From assembly GCA_011109175.1 (NCBI GenBank), contig RDEW01000032.1, positions 671,909-735,908 of the forward strand: DNA of 64,000 bases, read 5' to 3'. Of this stretch, positions 54,441-64,000 are shown in pieces. The stretch's first letter is position 1. Every line of letters begins with the position of its first letter. The position numbers and the translations under genes are program-made. The DNA comes from Dicyema japonicum (Eukaryota > Animalia > Dicyemida). The notes under the pieces were generated by a model. It did not search any database, was not told where the DNA came from, and was given only the letters and a program-made list of their open reading frames with translations.

Positions 54441-54949
54441 TCAATTTCAGATGCTAAATCCAATCCATGTAATTGCATAATTTCGACTGAAGTTAAAATC
54501 TTTAACTCTCCAGACTTCATCCATTTTACAAGGCATTTTCCATCTTGATTGGTTGTTACACAACCATAGTCAGTATGTTTAGCGTCCATGTCCCCAACAA
54601 GGATTGGATATTCATTGTTTTCCATAAATTTGTCAACAATCCATGGATACTCTCGTAGTTTTTTAGAATATATTCCTCCGATAGTTATCTATCCCATGGT
54701 TGTTTGTAGTTGAATGCTTGCTAGTTCACAAAGATTTTCTTCATTGATCGTGGGTAGTCGGACGACATAGTACTCTGGGATCACTCGTGGAAACCAGATG
54801 TAGCGTGTCGGAGGATTCAAGTCGCTGTCAATGAAATCATACGCTGGTGTTAGGCTGAGACCTGAAAAATGCAAGTTGTTAGTTTTTGGCCGCCCTAAGC
54901 GGTCTAATAATTTAATACCTAGAGTGACCATCTATGGGGTACATATAGA

Positions 54950-55384
54950 GGTTGCTGGGCGGACGAGCTACCTGGAGTGACGTTCAACTCCAAGTGTAGT
55001 TTCGAGGAGCACACCGCCCTCGTTAAGAGGCGGGCTGTGCAAAGACTAGGAGCGTTGAGGGCTTTTCAGCTGAGTCGCGATGTCTGGGCCAAAGTGTTCA
55101 ACGTCATGGTGCTGCCTATGCTCACTTATGGTGCGCACTCCTGGTATTGCAGCGAGGAACGCGAAAAGTGCCTCACCAACCTGAGGAAAATTCGGCGGCG
55201 GGCAATACGGTATTCTCTAGGAATGTCTTATGGAGCGCCGCTGCCTGAAAGAGGAAATCCGGATTTTAAGGACCCGGAGGAAGTTATTAAAAAGATCTTG
55301 AAATTAAATTAAAGAAGCCTTAGTTAGTTCTTCCCTGATTACTAACATTTGTTTTTGCCTAATAAAGTTTATTCATTCATTCAA
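54950..55384 (+). mobile_element. 3' end of an L2/CR1-like LINE
   Basis: YLGVTFN..F..H, VLPMLTYGAHSW; ends aataaagttt followed by (ATTC)3. Confidence 0.75.
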
Positions 55385-55420
55385 TCGATAATTTTCATTT
55401 TCATTTTTCATCGATAAATA

Positions 55421-55567
55421 ATGGCACGAACAAAACAAACTGCTAGAAAATCAACTGGAGAAAAAGTTCCAAGGAAACAGCTTTCTGCTAAATCTGCACG
55501 CAAGTCAATTTCACGTGAAGAATCTAACGTCTCCCTCGGAATAAGCTCCATCGGATTGACCCCCTGA
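55421..55567 (+). pseudogene. Truncated histone H3: N-terminal tail only, fused to antisense LINE sequence
   Basis: [29 protein letters not shown] (55421-55507), then unrelated residues and TGA; no histone fold. Confidence 0.85.
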
Positions 55568-57990
55568 ATACGATCCAGTTGTTTCTTAAAAATATCTGGG
55601 GCTTCTTCCATAGAACACAGTCCACCTTCTGGCTTGGTCAAGGAGATTTTTATGTCATTCCTTTTCTGGCTAGTTATTCTTTTGTAGAACTTCCAGAACG
55701 AGGGGTCTTTGGTGTTTAGTTTGCTTGCCTCTACCCTCAAACATTGTTCTTGAGATAGTCTTATTCCTTCTTCAATGGCTTTCTTGGTTATCTTCAATTG
55801 TCCGGTTAGTGCAATCCGGTCTATCCAGTCCACACATCTTCTGAGTTTAGTCCTCAGGCGATTCCTTTCATTGATCAAAGATAATGTGTAAATCGAAAGA
55901 CTGATGCTCTTTCCATGATTAGTAGTCGAGGATCTCCTTCTTGCGTAAAGCATTAAGTATGTCTCCATCATGATAGAGAGTTCATTGTCTATGATGTCGA
56001 TATCACTTCGGGAATAATCTTTAATATTCCAGTGTTTGCTAACCTGTAAACACAGAGTCCATGGAGTCTGGAGCTAGGTTCAATAACATCTCTTGGGGTA
56101 TATGATCACTCCCGATGTCCCACATGATCATCGGCTTTTCTACATAACTGTAGAGTGATGGTGACACCAGGAAACACCCCAAGCATGTCTCCCCGTAGTG
56201 CGAGTAATGATTCGGTTTTTCCGATGTCAAAATCTCTAATCTAGTTTTATCACTCAATTTCATTAGTCTGATTCCATCATCGTTAGTACCGAGGCATCCA
56301 TATTCAATGTTTTTGGCATTTAGATCACCCACTAGGATGGACATATCATTTCTTGTGAAGAATTCTTCAATTTCTGCGGAACACTTTCGACGTGAATCCA
56401 ACTGCCGTGAATCCAACTGCCGCAACATCTCACCTCGACGGAAACAAATTCACAGTGTGTATTCATAATAATTTTTGGCTCACGTATATGTAGAACTTCA
56501 CTGTAGAACAATGTGGTTCCAGCTTCTGCACCTTCGACCCATGGAATTTCTATAGAATTGTATCCCTCTAGCATTGTGTTGTTGGTCTTTTTCACTTTGG
56601 TCTCGTTTGACCACCAGGATGTCAATCTTGGTGGACGATAGTAGTAGTGCCAGGTCATGACGCCTCTTCTTTAGGGATCGGGCGTTCACCAGCACTATCT
56701 TCAAGTTTCTTTTCAAATTTCTTGTTGGTGGCCCGGACTCTCCATGGCCAGGTCCACCATATTGCGTAAATCCACTCCGAGTATGTTACTTAGTTCCTTC
56801 AGTCTTGATACTATTTCCTTTAGCTCTTTTTTAATACTTCCTGATAACTCTTTCTTCCGTAGCCAGGCCGACTCTCGCGGAGGAGGTGCTGCTTCGTAAC
56901 TTGTTAGTACTTAAGCGAATTATCCTTTTCAGGGCTGGCGGTTCCAATTTCTTGGTTATAATATTCGTCTGTTTTGGTTCCCTGTTGTCGATTCGGGAGT
57001 TTAACTTTCGTCTGGCCTCTATGAATACAGGGCATTTTTCGTATCTTGCGCGTGTTTTGGTTGATCCGCAGTTAACACATTTTCGCTCAAGAGTTGGATC
57101 CGCATCACACTTGGTGGTGTCGTGTTCTCCTGCGCAGCGGAAGCATTTTTTCTTTCCCGTGCACTGGTATGCAAAGTGGCCGATTTGTTGACAACTGTAG
57201 CAGATTGGTGGTCCTCTTCGCATCCATTCGCAAGAAATCTTGTTCGTCCCGATGTAGAAGCCACATCTAATTAGTGATGCAGCCTCCGATTTCATATTAA
57301 TCGTGCCCTTCGCCAATGGCATGGCCTGCGATCCTCTGGTCATTCGGGTAACCTTCGTGACTGAGGGAGCCATCTCCTAAAGGTAGTCCAAGAGGTCCTC
57401 CTTTACCCAGAAGGGGAGGTTCCTAAGGACAATCTCAGACGGTTTTGTTGAGATTGCCTTGAAATGGTGATTGTCATTACCAAAGGGGCAGGTCTCATTC
57501 ACCGCTTCTATAAAGATGGCCACATGGGAGTTATCCAGGAAATCCAGTCGGAAAGAGCCCGGTCCTCTGTGGCTCATTCTCATAGATCCGTATTGGTCAT
57601 AGTATCGTAAAAAATTTGCGATTTTAATTGCATTCATAGTAGAATTTACTGTAATTAATATAGTCTTGTTCTCTGAATGATCGGATTTCATTAGTTCATC
57701 CGTATATTTAGATATATCCTTGGGATCGTATTTTGTAATGACATTCGGTGGTTTAACAAATTCAGCCTTATGCGGAGTCTTGTTCTCTAGAATTCGCCAC
57801 ACCAGAAAGTTGCAGACTCATAAGGTGCAATCTGTAGTAGAGAACGCCAGAGTCCAAATCACTGTGAATAGTATTATCCGTACCTCGGTGCTAGTCAAGA
57901 CAATAAACCGGACATTTTGGTACACGATAAGAAATCTGGTTAAGTCCTTAGTAAAGAGTATAAGAGATAAACCCCGGTAATGCCATATGG
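55510..57990 (-). mobile_element. Two-ORF LINE (Jockey/I-like): gag ORF1 plus APE endonuclease, RT lost
   Basis: CYSCQQIGHFAYQC, CFRCAGEH..C and CVNC knuckles; LVNARSL, GDLNAK, GSDHIP. Confidence 0.9.
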
Positions 57991-58069
57991 GCGGAGATTT
58001 TTTTAATAAAGGTAATTCTATTAAAAAATCTTGGAGACGGGTGAGTTACTATGGAAACAGACACAAATA

Positions 58070-59280
58070 AGGCCAATACTAAAACCTATAAGACCAAGAG
58101 ATGACCAGCGTCTTTTAGCCCGGTGTCAATACTATTTTGCATGACAAAAATACTGGAGAGGTTTGTGCCATGGAGAATCAAAGAATTTTTACCAAAGAGG
58201 CCTTTTCAACACGGAGTCAAAAATAAGAGATCCAAAATCTACACACAAACATTGTCCGACTTCATTCGAGTCGGAATTGCAAACAAGCAGGGAAACTTAA
58301 AAACAGTTTTCTGCTCGATCAAAATACACAAAGCGTTTGAATAAATCTCGAGAAGATACCATCGAGAAAAGTATTTCAATCGGAGATCCAGGGAAGGTCA
58401 AGTTTTGGATCATCAATTTCAATAGTAGACGAAGGGCATGTATGCCTCGGAGCACTGAAATTTATCTCACTTCTCCTCAACTGAGTCCCTCAAGGATCTT
58501 GTTTATTCCCTGCTTTGTTTAACTTTTTTTGGCTGATCTCCCGACTGTAGAATCAGATAATGATGATCTACTTTCTTATGTTGATGATATTGTGTTGACT
58601 TCGCAAGATTTTGACATCCAGAAGGTCACAGAAAGAAAACAAATTAACCTGGACCGGCTTAACGCCTGGATAATAGAGAACCGGCACATAGTGAATGCAA
58701 AAAAGTCGACCACTTCCCTTTTTATCTCTGACAAAAGATTGTGAAAGAAGACAGTCACCTTGAAGTTAAACAAAGTCGACTTCCTTTCAACAGATGTCAA
58801 AGGCTCTTGAGTGTGACACTTGATATGCATCTTTGTCACCACACGTAAAAAATATTCATGTGAAATGAGAAAACCGAACGTACTAAATAGTTTATCGGGA
58901 ACATGAAAGATTGGTGCTCACCCGTCCTGATTAACGTCTAAAGACAGCAAACCAAGCCATGTTTCTTATATGCATGCGTCTCGTAGAGACCGTCCATATC
59001 TTGGACAAATATGAGGAAGATTGAGAAAAGCAAAGATAACTTTCAGAGGAACGAAGCGATGTATTTGTGAAAATCATCGAACCTGACTAACGCCTCTTTA
59101 AACCCTTATGAAACTAGAGTCCAGAATGCGGGAATGTGGCCTCGTAAATTTATCAGTCGTCCTCCACGATCATGCATGAGCACGAGAGAGTAACACCAGT
59201 CAAAGATAAAGTCACTGTTGGATCACGTAATAATTAGCTTGATTTTACAATGGTTTTGTTGAATAAATAAAAATAACAAC
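58070..59280 (+). mobile_element. Decayed LINE RT and 3' end, same group as 2104-3497
   Basis: PFQHG, IHKAFE, YVDD, KSTTSLFISDKRL; tail ggatcac...aataaataaa. Confidence 0.8.
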
Positions 59281-59849
59281 TATTCCATGTTTTCGTAGTT
59301 TTTTAGCATCACGGAATCGAGATGTCCTGGCAGCCATAGAGACGATACAACATTGCCTGAACTGTTTATCTGTGTGGCTGAACGATAACCGACTGACAAT
59401 CAGCCCTTAGAAATCCATTACATCTCATCAACCGGACAAGAAAAAAGTTAAAAAATCAATTGAAATTGAAGAGATGGGAAAACATTGCCATTTAAGAAAT
59501 GGCAAAAAAATCTGGGAGTGATCTACGTATATGTGTTTCTGCGGCATGTTGCAAATGTGCTACATTGAGCCATTCATTCCCCTCAATGTGTCTCTTGGGA
59601 CCTTACATCTCTTGGAATAATTCTTAGAAAAATCGTCACTACACAAAAAGTCCTTTAGGGTGACAGAGAAGTGGTCTACGGACAAAAAGAACATGATGCC
59701 TACACCCTTGTAGATTCTATATGAGGGAATAACGAAAGGCCTTATCCAAAGTGATCAGGAGACAACCTGACACCAATGAGCCTTTTTAGAATCAAAGGAA
59801 GGGCATCGATGCGACCTGAGAGTCTGATTAAATTTGTCGTGATCACATA

Positions 59850-61176
59850 CAGTCCGACCCGAATTGGGGCAGACCCCAGGGGTGGGGCACCCTCGGATTT
59901 TGGGGCATTTTTTATTGGCCAACATTTTGGCAGAGTAAAATGGAAAATCGATAAAAATATGGAAATTTTGGGGCACTAAAAAAATTGTGGGGAATGAAAT
60001 TATAAGTAAATAAAATTATATTTTATTAATAAATATATAATTTTAATTTACACGTTTATTTACATTTCTGTTGTGAATGGTTTATCAACTACGAAACAAA
60101 ATTAACGATTGCTAAATTGATATTGAAGAACAAATTATCTGAAAGACAGATAATTAAAAAAATACAAAATTAGTAAAGGCATGATTTCGCGAATAAAAAA
60201 AACAATTGTACCTTTTCTTGAACAGGGTACTGTAAACTACGATAATCAATCAAGAAATCTAAATACGATAATCAAGTTTTTGAAATATTTCAGAAACTAC
60301 GCGAAGATAAGGTTCCAATATCAGGTCCTTTTATAAAGAAAATTGCCTTATATACGGCATCAAAAATTGGATTTGATACTTTCAAAGCTTTAAACGGCTG
60401 CTTGACAGATTTAAAATGCTGGATGACTGGAAATATTTTTATGAGCTAGTTGACTCGGATAAATGAAAGATTTTATACAATCAACAGAAAAGTATTAATA
60501 TTGCTTGATAAAGCGGGATGTCATAAAACTATTGAATGCTCAAATATTGAGTTTTTATTTTTGCCAAAAAATACAACACCGTATTTGCAACCATTGGATA
60601 TGGGAATTATCAAGACCTTTAAAGATTATTACTCAAATTATCTGATTCAGTATTTGTGTTTTGAGGAGGATGATGATGAATTCAAACGGTTGATAAACAA
60701 AATAACCCTTCGTCATGTAATTCTGCTAATTTCTAAAAGCTGGGAAAAACTTGATCCAAGTTTAATATTTAATTGTTGGAATCAAATTGAAAAGATTCGT
60801 GATTCCGTAAAAATTGAAGATACCATTACAGAAGAAATGATCAACAATGCCGTAAACGAAACATTGAATGGGGAAAGTGACGAATTCGTTGATAATATTT
60901 AAAACGAAGGTTTAGAAAACGATAACATGGAAACAATTCTAGAGAAACGCAAGATTCTCTTGATCAGTTAGAGAAGAAAATTTTTTACATATCTCCTGAA
61001 ATGCTCAAAGAATTTTACGATTTTCGACTTAATTTTATGAAAAATGTAAGAAGTAAAAGGATAACTGGGGATAATTAACTGATTATTTTTTCTAAAATTG
61101 ATTTTTGATGTTTAAAATCTTTGTTTTATTAAACCCCTGTTTTTGGGGCACTTGGTGCCCAATTCGGGTCGGACTG
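59850..61176 (+). mobile_element. Internally deleted pogo/Tigger transposon
   Basis: 19-bp perfect TIR cagtccgacccgaattggg, TA flanks, repeated TGGGGCA subterminal motifs; CENP-B-like HTH remnant and ILLD....H...FLPKNTTPYLQPLDMGIIKTFK. Confidence 0.93.
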
Positions 61177-61524
61177 TAGTTTGTTTTTCAGTTTAACGGT
61201 GGTCTTTGAATGCGACAGTCTATTTATTAGTTTTTCCCTGTAATCTGTCACATTTATTTATGACAGCGATGAAATTAAAAATATCCGTTCAATTAACGTG
61301 GGGAGTGAAGAAATGGTTGTGGGAGAATATTAAGGCAGCATGTAAATTCCTGATTACAGTGATAATGCTTACTACAATGGTCAATGTGGCCTGAGAACGT
61401 CTGTCATTGATATCTAGCCACTGTTAGCCATTTCTTCTGTCACTTGAAAGAACCGGGGGTAAATAGATAACAATACTATGGCAGTTGGTCTTCATATCAG
61501 AATGTTGGCGAAGATAGTCTACAC

Positions 61525-61560
61525 CAGTGGTTCCCAACCTTAAGGTGCTCGCGGAACCCT
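61525..61560 (+). mobile_element. Solo hAT (Charlie/Buster-like) terminus
   Basis: CAGTGGTTCCCAACCT preceded by the NNNTANNN-type target gtctacac; partner end not seen. Confidence 0.55.
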
Positions 61561-62032
61561 TCCAATTTAATTATTACAAATTTCACTTAAAACATAATAG
61601 CAATAACAAAAAACAATTGTAATGTGAATATTGAGGTAATTTTTTATCATATCATTCATTAAGCCTTGTTTCTTATATGGATGCGCCTCGTGGAAACCGT
61701 CTATTTCTTGGACAAATATGAAAAAAATCTAGGAAATGCAAAAGAATTGTTTTTTGATAGAATTTCACCTAACACCAAGAAAGAAGTAGTAAACCAACTA
61801 ATTAAGTGATCTCGGTACACCTCGAAATGGATCATGAGGGTTTTCTTATGTTCCTCCAGAGTTCCCACGGCTTTCCTGTATCGACGACGATCACCTTTCT
61901 TTTAAGATTTGAAGAGGGGTGGATTTTTTCCCAAGTTACGTGTATTTGAGGCTTCTAGTCTTGAATGAAAACGACTTGTTTCGTGACCGACACAGACCGA
62001 TGAAACCCGAGCCGTTGTTTTCAAGAAATTTA

Positions 62033-64000
62033 ATTTTTTTTTTTGCAATCAAAAATTTATTAACAATAAAATATTATTTATTAACTATGGGGGAGAGCGG
62101 CTGCTGACATCACGGAGTAAGCGTTTCCGCGAATAACTGCATACCAATTCTTTGCCTCAGCCAGACCGCTTCGTTTTTTCTTGCGGTGGGCTAATTTTCC
62201 CCCGATTTCCTTTAGGAAAGAGGCTGTAATACTTCCAGCCGCACCAGACGTCTCGATTGCTACAGGTACAAAACGGTGGCGGTCTCCAATTTCGCCATAT
62301 TTTTTAATCTTGATTTTTTCGGCCAGATCGGCTGCCGATCCAGCAGACTGCGCCGAGCTGAGCATCATCGAGTTCGAGAAAGAATCCACAACAGTGCAGT
62401 CCCATACGAGCGATTTTCCCTCAGTGAACGGAAAGATAGTTAACCCATCCGGTCTTTTCCCATCTCCGCGGTCCAATCCACAGGTTCCAGTACTGCCTGG
62501 AAGCTGCCGCTTCAAGAGGCTCGCAAGACAATGTTGTTCATAGCAGCTTGGCGGGGTGCTCTGCCCGCACTCCTTTTGCACGAGAGCGGGTGCAGCCCTT
62601 TGGCATCGACGATCCCTCCACAGCGACATTGGTGTTCGACGCAAACATCAGCTCCCAGGCGTTGTGTGATTCCAATCCGAATACAGTCATCGTCCAATAG
62701 GGTCCCAGGGAGGAAGACGGGAGTGCATCCAGCCACGCTCCGCTTTCATGGTTGGCGGCGGACACGAGGCATGCAAGACGATGCTGGTTGGCCTCAGACT
62801 TTATCACGTCGAAGATATTCTTGGAGTAAATACCATCCCAGTCACGTTGCCTCGAAGGATCGTTCGGCATATCCAAACCAGTTTCACACCAATTCGCAAC
62901 GAGCTTGGTCGAAGACTTTTTCCCAAGAGAGTCCGGTTGTAATACGTAGGATTACTTGGACCTAAAAACTTCCACTTGAAAGCGATGACACATATGCTGG
63001 ATAGGCGATCTCCAGCGCCGACCTGAGACCCGTTCCTCCGAGGCGTGTAGGAAGCTTGCATTGGTTCCAACTCGGCGCATCAAAGTGGATGTTTTAGAAG
63101 TAATTCAGCTGATTTTCTCAATGTCCTATCCAGTGACAGAAGGTGTCCACGATGTTGAAGCAGGGAGAACATCGGAGAGCATATAGGAGTTTGGGCAAGC
63201 CGATGCTATTCTTCAAAAGGAAAAATGCTGTATGACCATCNGGCTGATTTTCTCAATGTCCTATCCAGTGACAGGAGGATTTCACGATGTTTGAAGCAGG
63301 GAGAACATCTGATAGCATACAGGAGTTTGGGCAAGCCGATGCTATTCTTCAAAAGGAAGAACGCTGTATGAGCATCGAGTAAGGAGAGTTTCTCCGTAAC
63401 TCTAGAGAGTTCATCCTATTTTGTTAATAGATGGCACCGCAGTTTTTTTTTGTCAAGTGGGCACCTAAGAAAGTATGTCTGCTCCCTAGGTACGACAGTA
63501 ATTCCAGGTAGTACCGAGTTGAAAGACTCGACCACGTTGATAAAATCACTCTCGGAGTATGTGATATTTATTAGCTCTGATTTCTTTATATTTAGCTCAA
63601 GTCGGAGGTTTCGTAGTGCCATCACAGCATGTGACAGAACGTCATGAACTATTCTCCACGGCCCTCCAATCGTGGCGTCATCAAGATACCAGAGGTATAG
63701 TTGTTTGTTGATAGAGCGGACAATTACGTCGATGGCCAGATCGAAGAAAAGTGGACCAAGTTAGTCTAATTGCTGGACTCCAGTCTCCGAACAGATAATC
63801 TTGTCCCCGAAAACCAGTGAAGAATTGGTTCCGTAAGCGACGTAGACAAGTGGAATAAGTTCTGGGACTCATTTGCTTGTAGTTTCGAAAATTTGATTCC
63901 TCGCAGTGAATTGAAAACATTGCAGATGTCCAGCTTGACCCCAATGTGTGTGTTTTGTTCGTCTTTTTGTCTAAAAAAACCCCTCGCAGCATGCACTGCC
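62033..64000 (-). mobile_element. Second CRE-like retrotransposon, frameshifted, running off the window
   Basis: KLDICNVFNSLR, YLDD, ANQHRLACL...ESGAWL, CRCG..HPLSC, DGKRPDG, WDCT; oligo(A) tail at about 62033-62044. Confidence 0.9.

Overview
Eukaryotic nuclear DNA, AT-rich, from a highly derived animal (LDB1 with LIM-interaction domain, SRF-type MADS box, tetraspanin). Divergent proteins and 20-27 nt GT-AG introns suggest a genome-reduced parasite such as a myxozoan or dicyemid; the taxon is an inference. Eight host genes can be reconstructed by removing tiny introns: RRP5/PDCD11, a 102-aa SRF-like gene missed by the ORF track, AQR, a tetraspanin, ADSS, LDB1, ARPC4 and DIMT1. They sit among nested and decayed mobile elements: APE-type LINEs, CRE-like RLE retrotransposons, Tc1/mariner, pogo, hAT and integrase relics. 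Several apparent tandem duplications flank N characters and are assembly overlaps. Main leads: (1) a three-copy SINE-like retroposon with a LINE-derived 3' tail and a covarying nested pseudoknot of HDV-ribozyme topology but non-consensus core; (2) about five-fold enrichment of the palindrome CACGTG in host and old DNA but not in young elements; (3) near signal-less micro-introns; (4) DIMT1 with substituted SAM/catalytic motifs; (5) a PHD-finger CRE-like element and an isolated histone H3 tail. All coordinates and counts were made by eye.
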